A DNA stretch of 45,506 nucleotides from a virus (taxonomy: Duplodnaviria > Caudoviricetes), in IMG/VR virus record IMGVR_UViG_3300027222_000006, positions 1 through 45,506 of that record. The stretch is one strand, 5' to 3'. Below, in pieces: positions 5,878-15,657 of this stretch. Position 1 is the stretch's first letter, and every line of letters begins with the position of its first letter. A program made the position numbers and the translations under genes. The notes beneath the pieces were generated by a model that was not told the origin of the DNA, did not search any database, and saw only the letters and a program-made list of their open reading frames with translations.

Positions 5878-8130
5878 TTAAATATTCTGGTTTGTAACAT
5901 AAACTGGAAGTGTTCCAGAGAGCGCTCTTTCAAGTCTCTTAATAGCTTCGGCCAATTCTGCATTATTTGCTACTGGTGCTGCCGCTGTTGTATTTTCAGC
6001 GTTAGCTGTAGACCTACCAAGGCCAAGTGCATTACCAGCCCTTTCAATAATTCCAGGATTATTATTTCCACCAATGTTCTGTGCAAACTCATCAAGCTTT
6101 TCAACAAGCATTTCAATTGCCTCAACCATAGATTCACCCATTTGCTCGATTGCAGTTTCACCACCATTTTTAGAAAGGTATGCAAGGCCTTCGTAAAGTT
6201 TTCTAACCTCTGTAACCTTTTTAAGGTCTAGATCATTGATTGATTCTTTCCAATCTTCAAAAGAATCTGCAATATCTTCGTTGGCGTCAGCCATTCTTTG
6301 ATATGCCATTGAGATTAAAAAATAATCATTTGGCTTTAATTCAGTAGAGTTTGCAAAGAATGAACTCGTTAGGGTTTTAATAAGTAATTGTGTCTTATTA
6401 CCAACTGCTCTAACTTCTTCTTCTTTGATATCATTAAATGTTTTAACAAATTCTGTCAGCTTAATAAGAGGATCACCCATCTTTTTAACAACATTAATAC
6501 CTTTTTCATAGTCAGAGCTTGTGAACCAAGTGCTACCCTGTGCGGCCTCTGATTGGCCAACCTCTGAGAATGTCTTAGAAAGAGCAAGAACAATATTTCT
6601 TGTATTTACACCAACCATTGCAAGGTCGTCAGTTGTGATAGATCTAAATTCAACAGGATTACCGTTCTTATCCCATTTTGTTGGGAACTTTAACATTGCC
6701 ATATATTGAACACCTTGTGCAATACCTGAAAGCGCACGACCCATACCTGAAACTGCTTTAATACCCTGGTAAACCGATGAAGTTCCCGAATAATCACCCA
6801 TAAGAACAGATGAAATAGAAGGACCACCGCCCGGATACTTTGCGCCAATTTCACCAAACGCTGTTGCAAGTACAGTTGTTACTTTTGCAATACCATCTGG
6901 AAGTGTTTCATAATTAATATCAAGTGCTTGAAACTTTTCAATGCCTTTGGCAATTGATAATAGGGCAATACCAGACATAATTAGGGCTGGTGCGCCAGCA
7001 TACATACCTGCAATTGCAAGCGGTGGAAGCATGAATGAACGTGCAATAGATAGTAGTGCCCATTCCATGTTTGACATTGGACGACCACCTTTCATAATTG
7101 TAATACCAAGCACCTCAACAGGTTCTGTAGCATTACCTGAATCTGCAAAAATACCACCCGGTGCAAACATCTTAGGGCTTAAAGCATTTTGCATTGCCGA
7201 AATACCAAAAGATATTAAGAGCAGCGCCAAACCAGACATTATCATTGCACCAGCACCTGGAATAATAAACGCTGCTGCGGCACCCGCACCTGCCATTACA
7301 AGACCAAGACCGGTTACAGTTGCACCGATTTGAGCAATAGATTCCCAACCATCTGCATCTGGTTTGATTGCAGCGGTGAATACCAACATTGAAAGTGAAA
7401 TTGCAAGAATTGGAAGTGTTGCAAATAACATTGCCATGGCACCTTGCCTAATAAGACCGCCAAATATACCAGCTATACCAAATACAAGTGCAGTACCAAG
7501 TACTAGTGACCCGACCATTGCCAGTGTTGTAAATGGAGCGCCGGCATAACTTAAAATAATTTCAGCTAATACAAAACCAGCGGCTAAAGAGACAATAGCC
7601 AAACCTGCAATAGCAAGTCCAGTAGCAACCTCTTTGATTTCTTTTGTGATTCCCATTTTACCAAGCATCCAGAACATACCACCAACAATGGTAATCATAA
7701 GCACCGAAAGCATTAAACCTGGAATACCTATAATAAGAAGTGGAAGTGCTAAAGCGAGTGTACCTGCAAAAATAAGAATGGCCATACCCATATCTTTGAT
7801 AGCATCAATACCACCGGTAATGACATCCATCTTCTGCTTTGCATCTTTTGCGTCACCCATGGCATTTAGGGCTTCCACAATGAGCTTCATGCCCTGACCA
7901 ATACCAGTAACACCTTTTGCTACTGCCGCGGCGTCACGGCCTTTAATTTTAACTTTATTGCCAACCTCTTTCTTTTCAGAAATGATTTTAAGATAATCAC
8001 GTATCTGTATAAAAACGCCAAACAGGTCTCCACCTGGGGAAACCTGTAAGGACGTTAATTCTACAGCATTTGCAATTCGCTCTTGCTGACTATTTGTTAA
8101 TTTCTCAAAAGGAGACTTAAAGAATTGCAC
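5878..8130 (-). CDS. Tape-measure-like / baseplate hub protein (750 aa, GTG start)
   Basis: Ala/Gly-rich helical protein with a long hydrophobic region. It follows tube and chaperone genes and has a late motif at 8155-8162. Confidence 0.65.
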   Translation of the reverse strand: MQFFKSPFEKLTNSQQERIANAVELTSLQVSPGGDLFGVFIQIRDYLKIISEKKEVGNKVKIKGRDAAAVAKGVTGIGQGMKLIVEALNAMGDAKDAKQKMDVITGGIDAIKDMGMAILIFAGTLALALPLLIIGIPGLMLSVLMITIVGGMFWMLGKMGITKEIKEVATGLAIAGLAIVSLAAGFVLAEIILSYAGAPFTTLAMVGSLVLGTALVFGIAGIFGGLIRQGAMAMLFATLPILAISLSMLVFTAAIKPDADGWESIAQIGATVTGLGLVMAGAGAAAAFIIPGAGAMIMSGLALLLISFGISAMQNALSPKMFAPGGIFADSGNATEPVEVLGITIMKGGRPMSNMEWALLSIARSFMLPPLAIAGMYAGAPALIMSGIALLSIAKGIEKFQALDINYETLPDGIAKVTTVLATAFGEIGAKYPGGGPSISSVLMGDYSGTSSVYQGIKAVSGMGRALSGIAQGVQYMAMLKFPTKWDKNGNPVEFRSITTDDLAMVGVNTRNIVLALSKTFSEVGQSEAAQGSTWFTSSDYEKGINVVKKMGDPLIKLTEFVKTFNDIKEEEVRAVGNKTQLLIKTLTSSFFANSTELKPNDYFLISMAYQRMADANEDIADSFEDWKESINDLDLKKVTEVRKLYEGLAYLSKNGGETAIEQMGESMVEAIEMLVEKLDEFAQNIGGNNNPGIIERAGNALGLGRSTANAENTTAAAPVANNAELAEAIKRLERALSGTLPVYVTNQNI

Positions 8131-8160
8131 TTAAAATTAAGCTATTATTTCTCTTATATA

Positions 8161-8454
8161 TCAAAGTCTAGGTACCTTAATATTTGGCATCTTCATTGCA
8201 CCCATATTAGGCATCTTTGGCATATTAGATTTCATAGAAGACATTTGGTCATTCATTGTTGCCTCTTCTTTCTCATTGCCCCTCTGTTGTTCCTTCAACA
8301 TTGTTGAAAGTTCTTTTAGATGATAATGGTACTCGTAATACGGCATTGCTTCAATTTCAGACGGTTGCATCTTCATATGATGCATAAAGTAAAACTTCGT
8401 CTTAAAGAAGTTCTCCAGCGAGATCTGAAATAATGAAAAGACTTTTGATTCCAC
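8161..8454 (-). CDS. gp51-like tail/baseplate assembly chaperone (start uncertain; possible frameshift product)
   Basis: SLENFFKTKFYFMHHMKMQPSEIEAMPYYE resembles T4-like gp51. It overlaps the upstream gene by 53 nt in the +1 frame. Confidence 0.6.
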   Translation of the reverse strand: MESKVFSLFQISLENFFKTKFYFMHHMKMQPSEIEAMPYYEYHYHLKELSTMLKEQQRGNEKEEATMNDQMSSMKSNMPKMPNMGAMKMPNIKVPRL

Positions 8455-9346
8455 CTGGAAAGTTTAGCGGTACAAGGACCTCCTCGCCTTGCCTATCAAC
8501 TACTAAATCAGGTTTAACACCAATTTTCATTTTCTCAGCTAGTCTGTAAATAACCATATACTTTCTTTCACTCCAACCCTGGAACTCGATTTCATTTTCA
8601 AAGATCTTCTTTGAATTGAAACCTCTCCAATCTTGTGTGATATATGGTAGGATTTGAATAAATGACTGGTCCCAAGATTTGCGCTCTCTTTGACGAGATT
8701 GCATAAACTTAGTAACCTCTTCCATAACACCAACTGTTGGTGGTGTCATAATAACTTCACCAGCTGATTTAGTTTGAATTACATATGCTCTTTTTTCAGC
8801 ATCGTAGTATTGTTCAATTTCTTCTGGTACATTTTCAGTTGTAAAATACTTTGTACTTAGTTCAACATCAAATGGTGTACCATCCTTATCTTCACCTTTA
8901 AGCATTAGCTTGTTTTCAGGTTCTGGGAATGTTAGGTCTCTAATAGATAGGATTACATAAATTCTGTCTTCTTCACAGATATCTTTGTAAGTCAACATCT
9001 TTGTACCTGATTTGAACTTTGTACAAGATTTAATAATAAGATTAAGCTTCTCTTCGATATCGACAAGGTTTGTCTCATCCATTGTTGAGAATTGTCTAAT
9101 CTCAGCTACTCTTGCTGAACGAATTTGAAGCTTTGCATCTGTTGGATAAAACTTACCTTCAGAAGGTAGGTCTTCTAGATTAATATCCATCCATCCTAAG
9201 TGTGCATCAGCATCTAAAGTATCATTCTGCCATCTAGCCATTGACGCTTTACCAAGACCATTTTTCTTAACCTCGTTAATCATGTCTTGGTCTTTGCTTT
9301 CTACCATGTCCTGGTAGGGATCCCTCGTGTTGTTTTGATCTTCCAT
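8402..9346 (-). CDS. gp26-like baseplate hub / tail assembly chaperone
   Basis: LPSEGKFYP and DRIYVILSIRDLTF motifs; position between the tube and tape-measure-like genes. Confidence 0.6.
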   Translation of the reverse strand: MEDQNNTRDPYQDMVESKDQDMINEVKKNGLGKASMARWQNDTLDADAHLGWMDINLEDLPSEGKFYPTDAKLQIRSARVAEIRQFSTMDETNLVDIEEKLNLIIKSCTKFKSGTKMLTYKDICEEDRIYVILSIRDLTFPEPENKLMLKGEDKDGTPFDVELSTKYFTTENVPEEIEQYYDAEKRAYVIQTKSAGEVIMTPPTVGVMEEVTKFMQSRQRERKSWDQSFIQILPYITQDWRGFNSKKIFENEIEFQGWSERKYMVIYRLAEKMKIGVKPDLVVDRQGEEVLVPLNFPGGIKSLFIISDLAGELL

Positions 9347-9349
9347 AAA

Positions 9350-9568
9350 TTATTTGTTTTTGAGCTGCTTTAGTTTATCTTTACTGAAGACTTTTTCTTC
9401 ATCTCCTCTAGATTCTATCTCAGTTCTGATTAATTCTCTAATAAAAGCGGACATTGAAATAGGTCTAATACCTCTTTCGATTGCATCATTTAATATAATC
9501 CTATTGAGGACCGCAACCTCGTCTTCGGATAATAGTACTTGCAATTTGTTAGTTAGTTTTGAACTCAT
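9350..9568 (-). CDS. Small ribbon-helix-helix-like DNA-binding protein (72 aa)
   Basis: KLQVLLSEDE...ISMSAFIRELI follows a CopG/RHH pattern. Confidence 0.55.
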   Translation of the reverse strand: MSSKLTNKLQVLLSEDEVAVLNRIILNDAIERGIRPISMSAFIRELIRTEIESRGDEEKVFSKDKLKQLKNK

Positions 9569-9602
9569 ATTATAATGGTATTATAATAACTTTTTTAGGG
9601 TT

Positions 9603-9632
9603 AAAAAGAGAGCAGGTTTTACCCTGCTCTCC
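9603..9632 (-). terminator. Intrinsic terminator after the tail tube gene
   Basis: GAGAGCAGG-GTAAAA-CCTGCTCTCTTTTT. Confidence 0.8.
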
Positions 9633-9652
9633 AAAATTAAATTAATAATCAA

Positions 9653-10207
9653 TTAAGCTAGTTCTTCTTTCCATGAATCACATCTGAATTGAACTTCCAT
9701 TTCCTGTGGTTCAGCTGCTGAATAATCACCAGCTTCTAGGAATGGCAAGCCAGACATTAGGAAACAATCTTCTAGAGTAACCGTTCTAAAGATATCACCC
9801 TTTCTGTTGAATTGAGTAACGATGATTGTACCAACGTAATCCTTTTTAAGGCCCATTTCACCAGTGTTAGGGTTGTAGATTAGTTTATACCAATCCTTTA
9901 GTGTTTTGTAAACATAAGCTTCGTTAGCTTCGTTTAGGTTAAGTGTAAAACCAACTGTTAGGTCGATAGACGTTGTATCTGGCTGACCAGCGAATGAACG
10001 TGTTACAAACTTAAACTTCTGCTCAGTCGTGCCGATAGCTTTGTTGATATCCATACCAGAAATTGACTTAACATGCTGAAGTAGCATGCCAGCATTTGCA
10101 ACACCGGCTGGAGGAAGGATAGTTACTTCGAATAGATTCTGTTGAACTGGTTCAAAGTTTCTACCTTTCTTGCTTGTTTGATCTTGTGAATAATGTGGAA
10201 GTGGCAT
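9653..10207 (-). CDS. Tail tube protein (T4 gp19-like)
   Basis: NLFEV, W..LIYNPNTG.MGLKKDYVGTIIVTQFNRKG and V.FRCD.W motifs; follows the sheath gene. Confidence 0.9.
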   Translation of the reverse strand: MPLPHYSQDQTSKKGRNFEPVQQNLFEVTILPPAGVANAGMLLQHVKSISGMDINKAIGTTEQKFKFVTRSFAGQPDTTSIDLTVGFTLNLNEANEAYVYKTLKDWYKLIYNPNTGEMGLKKDYVGTIIVTQFNRKGDIFRTVTLEDCFLMSGLPFLEAGDYSAAEPQEMEVQFRCDSWKEELA

Positions 10208-10237
10208 ATCTTCTATAATCTTTTTTTATATATCTGA

Positions 10238-12559
10238 TTAATTGAAGTTACCTGTCGCAATTTCACCAGTGTTTAGAACTGTAGTTCTTTGAACAACAAT
10301 TTCTAGACCTTTAACCGGCTCAACAAAAGTATCTAGGATACCGATGTTTGCGTCAATGACCTCATTTGTATTATTTGTTGTATCCATTACGTTTTTGTAA
10401 TCGTACACACCGTAATCCGCCTTAACTGATTCCATGAATGAATCTGCAAGTGTCTTGATTTCAAGTCTTGTTTGTGGTGTGTTGAATTCAAATACGTAAT
10501 CCTTTAGGATTGCTGCTAGACCGTCCTGGATGTAAATCAACACCTCTCTTACGTGAGCTGAAGAAAGAGCTGATTGAACTGACTGCTGTGCAGTCTTGTT
10601 ACCTAGGATAGTTAGACCCGCACCTCTTTGGAAAACGATTGGGTTGATACCGAATGGCTCAAGTACGTCTCTATCTGCCTTATCAAACGCGTATTCAGCG
10701 CCAACAATACCAGAACCTGAGATAACGCCTCTTCTTGGACCGGCAACGATTGCCCATGGTGCAGAATCAGTGTACTTATCAATAAAGTTATTAGATACGT
10801 AAGCTGCAGATGGAACCACTAGGTCCTTGTTATTTTCTCTAGCGATAAGTGCAGTGTAGTAGAATGCGTAGTTAGCACCATCATTGATACCTGGTAAAGC
10901 ATAAAGAGATGTTGGATTCTTATCTAGGTTACCACCAGTTGCAATGTAGTTGATATCAAACGCGCCGCCTGCATTAGTGAATGAAGGGTTAGTTGACTTC
11001 TTGAATTCAAAAATTGCTGGAGCATTTAGAATCGCAGATGCATTCTGTCTTTCTTTTGCAAGTGCAGATAGCTGAACCTTGTTTAGAAGACCACCGTCAT
11101 AAGATGCGAATGTATCAACAATATATCTGAAAGTAATATTGTCTTTATCAACTAGTGCGTTTGCTAGACCAGAACCAAGTGTTACTGCATCTAGGCAATC
11201 AGTAATTGTTTGTGCACCAACTGCAGCACCATTTAGTACAAATGTTTTATAGTGAGAAACTGCTTTTTCAAATGACTTGTAACCTTTAAAGTCTGAAGTT
11301 GCCGCAGCTTCACCAGATGTGTATACTCTGTATGTAATATCACCCGTAACACCATCAACAGTTTTAGCAATTCTTAGAACCTTAACCAATCTATTTGGTT
11401 CAGCTGCTAGGATGTAATCACCAGCAACTAGGTCTAGGTCATGAGCACCAGCTGTAGATACAAAATCTACAAATGCACCTGACTGCCAAGTGTACGTTAG
11501 GTTTGAATCAAGTGCATAAGATCTTGCACCAGCACCGATAGCATATGACAGAAGATCATAAGAAAGTCCAGCACTGTATGAGTGACCAACTAGATCAAGC
11601 TTAGTGCCTGTTTCATCTAGGATTGCATCTTCTTGAACCGCGCAGAAAAGACCAGTTCTTCTTGCTTCAGAATTAATGATAGTTTCAATGTAAAGGTTAT
11701 TACCTTCTTTATCAGTGAAGTTTGGTAGGATCGAACCTGTGTATTTTGCAAGTAGAGAAACTTGTCTTAGGTTTGCAAACTCATCAAGCTTTGTTTTATT
11801 TAAACCAGCCGTTGTGAAGTATTCACCGTAAATAGGATCCGTATCCATTGCAGCTGCCTCAAATGAACCCTTGAATACAAATACGTCAACCATAAAGTCT
11901 GACATGTAATCAAATGCATTTAGGTGTGCAGGTACATTACCTTCACCATACCAGTCTCTTGCTAGAATATCAAAACCTTTTGTGTCTTGAGCAGCTCTAA
12001 CAATAACAGTGATATCATCTTGCTTGATATTGATAAATCTTAGTGCATTTTTTTCAAATGTACCAACGACTGCATTCAATTCAGCATCTGATGGTGTCCA
12101 GAATTTTTCAGTGTTGAAAAAGCTTGAATAGCTGTTTTTACCTTCTTGTGTTACAAGCGTTGCATCAGTTGCATTAGTAATTAGACCCTTATAGTTGATG
12201 TAATCACCAGACTCTGGTGTAACAATAACCGTTGGATTTAATGGATCATAAACCGGTGGTACGTATGCGTCAAAAGAAGACAGGTTAAGTGCTAGAATAG
12301 GACCTCTTGTTAGAGCTGCAAGCGCAGATCTGTGGAAGAACATACCTTTCTTTTCAAGGTTCTTGTCGATTGAACCGAAAACCTCGATAAACTGTTCAGT
12401 AGTGCTAATAAGAACTGGAGAATTGTAAGGACCCTTCTTAGAGTGACCTACAACCAGTCTGATAGTTTCAGCTGGAATATTTGAAGTCTGAGACTTGTCA
12501 AATTCTAGTCTGTAAACACCCGAACTTTTAAATTGTAATAGTTGTGGACTTAGTGCCAT
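10238..12559 (-). CDS. Tail sheath protein (T4 gp18-like)
   Basis: SSGVYRLEFD N-terminus; PW..VAGPRRG, GINPI, GNKT and FEFNT motifs. Confidence 0.95.
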   Translation of the reverse strand: MALSPQLLQFKSSGVYRLEFDKSQTSNIPAETIRLVVGHSKKGPYNSPVLISTTEQFIEVFGSIDKNLEKKGMFFHRSALAALTRGPILALNLSSFDAYVPPVYDPLNPTVIVTPESGDYINYKGLITNATDATLVTQEGKNSYSSFFNTEKFWTPSDAELNAVVGTFEKNALRFINIKQDDITVIVRAAQDTKGFDILARDWYGEGNVPAHLNAFDYMSDFMVDVFVFKGSFEAAAMDTDPIYGEYFTTAGLNKTKLDEFANLRQVSLLAKYTGSILPNFTDKEGNNLYIETIINSEARRTGLFCAVQEDAILDETGTKLDLVGHSYSAGLSYDLLSYAIGAGARSYALDSNLTYTWQSGAFVDFVSTAGAHDLDLVAGDYILAAEPNRLVKVLRIAKTVDGVTGDITYRVYTSGEAAATSDFKGYKSFEKAVSHYKTFVLNGAAVGAQTITDCLDAVTLGSGLANALVDKDNITFRYIVDTFASYDGGLLNKVQLSALAKERQNASAILNAPAIFEFKKSTNPSFTNAGGAFDINYIATGGNLDKNPTSLYALPGINDGANYAFYYTALIARENNKDLVVPSAAYVSNNFIDKYTDSAPWAIVAGPRRGVISGSGIVGAEYAFDKADRDVLEPFGINPIVFQRGAGLTILGNKTAQQSVQSALSSAHVREVLIYIQDGLAAILKDYVFEFNTPQTRLEIKTLADSFMESVKADYGVYDYKNVMDTTNNTNEVIDANIGILDTFVEPVKGLEIVVQRTTVLNTGEIATGNFN

Positions 12560-12613
12560 GATGTATAACTATATTTTTTATTTTATGTATATATCTCCGT
12601 TTTAATCTAATTG

Positions 12614-14443
12614 TTATGATAATAGATCATAAATATCATACTGTAGGTCTCCATCGCCATCAAAATCTTTATATAAAATAGATTCCATTTTATCATGTAG
12701 ACTTTCATCAATAATATCTAACGCTTCTTCCACAAAGTCGGCATAATCAGTAGTACCGATAAATTCACAGATAGTTACACACGTCATAATAGTATCATCA
12801 TTACCGTGCTGTCCACCGTAAGAACCATTTGGTAAAGTACCAAACATTGACGCTTCGTCAACTGTTGTCTTTTCATCAAAATAGACGCGGTTAGCTTCTG
12901 CTAGCTTTTTTAGGTTTTGACACATCACCGGTTTGTTATCTGATTTAATACGAATACCCGGCTTCAAAACCCTGGCGTCGTGACGGTGTTTGAACCTAAC
13001 AATCATTTCTTCATCAAAGTCATTTCGTCTTGGAAAAAGAGAAGTCAAATATTTAATAAGAATTGTACCGTATGTATTGAATTCTATAACCAGCTTTGTG
13101 TTCTCCGGATTGAAAATATCTACTGAAAGTGTATAGAGAACTTTTGCAAAGTCTTCAATAACATGTTCATTAGACCTAAATACGCCAATTTGTTTTAACA
13201 TGAAAAAGTCATACATGGCACCCGGATTTTGTAAGATTTCCATATGCTTTTCTTTCATAGGTATTAATTCAAACATGTTGATAACAGAATAGTCACCACC
13301 ATTACCCTCCGCAATATCAATTGAGAACGTGAAGAATCTTCCATCTTCTCTTGCATATGCTGGATCAAAATCTGGATGCCATTGAAGAAAACCCTTCATA
13401 TCCATATGAATATTTTCAAATTCATCTAGGTCGTGGTATACATAATTCTTAATGCCTTTACGTAGCATCTTCATTGTGCCCGGGCTAAATAGCAGGTTTG
13501 ACGATGAAACGAATTCATTACCATACTGTCTATTAAATGCCTCTTCAGAACCTAGGTTATTAAGTTCTCGTTTGTACCAGCTATCATCACGGTCTGGGTG
13601 TTGCCACCAATCAATACGTGTTGGTTTATATGCATTTTCACCGCGGTCAGCTGCCGAATAAATTTCATAGAATTTATTAAAGCCGTTCGGTGTTGATGTG
13701 ATATTAATACGAGATACCTTCGAAGCCGAAAGCGTTGGATAAACGTTTTCATAAAACGTATCCACAATTGAAGGATGCACGTGAGCAAACTCATCCAAAT
13801 ACAGGTTGTGGATTGTAAAACCAATACCCGATTTTGCAGTTGTTGATTGACCAACAATACGGCAACCATTGTCACACTTAACGTTCATAACGTCATACTT
13901 GATAATACCGGGCTTCATATAGAACGGTAGGTTTTCAAGTACAACTTTTGCTTTGTCAATAATCTCTTTAGTTGTATCTGATTTATTGGCAAGTAGTAGG
14001 GTTGTCTTATCAAAGTTGAATGTCAGGTACCAAGCATTAAAAATAGACGCCGTGACGGTTTTACCCATCTGTCTAGATGCAAGTACAACATTGAATCGAT
14101 TGTCCTGGAAATCTTTAAGTAACTGCTTTTGGTAATCTCTAAGTTTAACTTGTTGAATACCCTCATCTGTCATTACAACAGCATATCGCTCAGCAAAGTA
14201 TACAATATCGTTTGCACATTTTGCTAGTTCTGCAATTTCTTCATCCGTATATTCAAATACAATATTACCCTTACGAAGGTACTGCTTACTTTCGTAAAAT
14301 GGTAAAGCAATCTTGGGGCGATAGCCCTGGTCCATTGCTAAAACTAAGTCATTGACTTTATTAGTGGACCATACAAGTTTCGATGCTTCTGTATCTGAAT
14401 CCTCTTTTGGAATCCAAACATTATCTCCAGTATAATCGCTCAT
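12614..14443 (-). CDS. terL: Terminase large subunit (T4 gp17-like)
   Basis: LRDYQ, Walker A SRQMGKT, Walker B LYLDEFAH, ITSTPNG, RuvC-like IDIAEGNGGDYS and DDTIM. Confidence 0.97.
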   Translation of the reverse strand: MSDYTGDNVWIPKEDSDTEASKLVWSTNKVNDLVLAMDQGYRPKIALPFYESKQYLRKGNIVFEYTDEEIAELAKCANDIVYFAERYAVVMTDEGIQQVKLRDYQKQLLKDFQDNRFNVVLASRQMGKTVTASIFNAWYLTFNFDKTTLLLANKSDTTKEIIDKAKVVLENLPFYMKPGIIKYDVMNVKCDNGCRIVGQSTTAKSGIGFTIHNLYLDEFAHVHPSIVDTFYENVYPTLSASKVSRINITSTPNGFNKFYEIYSAADRGENAYKPTRIDWWQHPDRDDSWYKRELNNLGSEEAFNRQYGNEFVSSSNLLFSPGTMKMLRKGIKNYVYHDLDEFENIHMDMKGFLQWHPDFDPAYAREDGRFFTFSIDIAEGNGGDYSVINMFELIPMKEKHMEILQNPGAMYDFFMLKQIGVFRSNEHVIEDFAKVLYTLSVDIFNPENTKLVIEFNTYGTILIKYLTSLFPRRNDFDEEMIVRFKHRHDARVLKPGIRIKSDNKPVMCQNLKKLAEANRVYFDEKTTVDEASMFGTLPNGSYGGQHGNDDTIMTCVTICEFIGTTDYADFVEEALDIIDESLHDKMESILYKDFDGDGDLQYDIYDLLS

Positions 14444-14844
14444 ATATTAGTTATTCTTATGGGATTAAAGTCTAACGCATCTGTATCTGCATATATTGAA
14501 TTATAATCATTGGAATCAATAAAATCCTTTAATGTACCTTTGCTAAAATCTAAAATATCTTTTTTATATAAGATCCAATGATGTGTCATAATTTTACCCA
14601 TGTCATCTTCATCATGTGCCATGTCTATGATTTCAATTTCACCGAAAACTGACTTAAATCCTTTTAATTTGTTTGATTTAATTATATTTGAAACTTCTGA
14701 TATAATACCCTGGCAATCTCCTAACGATTGATTATCTAGGAAATCTTCCCAACTATCATAATCATTTGCTGATAGAATTTCATCAATTATAAATTGAATA
14801 TCTTTATCTAATTTATATTCCTCAAATAGTTTTACACGTCCCAT
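14440..14844 (-). CDS. Inserted 134-aa protein with CTS-like N-terminus and possible Cys-His-Asp (transglutaminase/papain-like) triad
   Basis: MGRVKLFEEY; GDCQG...THHWILYKKDILDF; more AT-rich than its neighbours. Confidence 0.65.
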   Translation of the reverse strand: MGRVKLFEEYKLDKDIQFIIDEILSANDYDSWEDFLDNQSLGDCQGIISEVSNIIKSNKLKGFKSVFGEIEIIDMAHDEDDMGKIMTHHWILYKKDILDFSKGTLKDFIDSNDYNSIYADTDALDFNPIRITNI

Positions 14845-14845
14845 A

Positions 14846-14938
14846 TTAATCTTCTGTGTTTTCTTCTATGTCAATATCTGTAATGTCGTCAGATTCACCT
14901 TTAGGAATCCAAACATTATCTCCAGTATAATCGCTCAT
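14846..14938 (-). pseudogene. Chimeric 30-aa mini-ORF: TerL N-terminus plus a TerS-like acidic tail
   Basis: MSDYTGDNVWIPKGESDDITDIDIEENTED; the first 13 aa are identical to TerL. Confidence 0.7.
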
Positions 14939-15585
14939 AGATCGTTTTCTTCAGCTTCGACGTCTTCGATATTATTATCAATACCCGCTCTAATTTTTGA
15001 CATTAGGTCGCGTGTACCTCTTTGCACATTACCGCCAGTGTTATTACCACCAGAAGCTTCATCTGTAATGCGCTTGTTTGTTTTTTCTCTATAGATTTCA
15101 GCATCTCTAGCAATACGCTTTACCGATTCCTCGGTTGCCATCAAGTACATTGTCTGTGATTTGATGATATCAAGCATTGATTTTTGCAGAGTAGCTAGTA
15201 CTTCAAACATACGTGGTGCTAATTCACCATCTTCAATTGTTTGCAAGAGTGTTGTCAGCGCTCGCTCACCGGCTTGAAGTTGGTAGACCAATGAACTCAT
15301 TGTCATCTCGTCCATCTTCTTTTTTGCCTTAACGTATTCGTCCTGTTCAATAATATCTGCATCCAAATAAAATTTCATCAAACTTGTGATGGTCTTTTTA
15401 GCTTGAATGTCGGCATTGCCTTTAATTGTTTTATAATCAAAAGGTGCATAATGTTCACCTTTAACTGGTAACTGTGGATCAACCTCTACAATACCGCTAA
15501 GTGATTCACCATCACCAATTAGACTGTCTAGTTCATCTCTAATTTGGTCAGCCGCAGAACGGATACCATTGTTCTTATCACTCAT
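14935..15585 (-). CDS. Terminase small subunit (T4 gp16-like)
   Basis: PRMFEVLATLQKSMLD resembles the gp16 PRAYEV motif; upstream of terL; late motif at 15612-15619. Confidence 0.7.
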   Translation of the reverse strand: MSDKNNGIRSAADQIRDELDSLIGDGESLSGIVEVDPQLPVKGEHYAPFDYKTIKGNADIQAKKTITSLMKFYLDADIIEQDEYVKAKKKMDEMTMSSLVYQLQAGERALTTLLQTIEDGELAPRMFEVLATLQKSMLDIIKSQTMYLMATEESVKRIARDAEIYREKTNKRITDEASGGNNTGGNVQRGTRDLMSKIRAGIDNNIEDVEAEENDL

Positions 15586-15657
15586 AAATATAATCTGTTA
15601 TTATGATACTATATATATCTAGTATATTACTGCTATAAAATTTGATGCCAAAAAGAT

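Larger units (their letters stand above)
14409..14939. repeat. 36-bp perfect direct repeat (14409-14444 and 14904-14939) duplicating the terL 5' end
   Basis: GGAATCCAAACATTATCTCCAGTATAATCGCTCATA occurs twice, flanking the 134-aa ORF. Confidence 0.95.

Noticed and set aside
14440-14844. Homing endonuclease or intron as the terL insert
   Set aside because: There are no HNH, GIY-YIG or LAGLIDADG motifs and no group I/II intron core, and terL is intact downstream.
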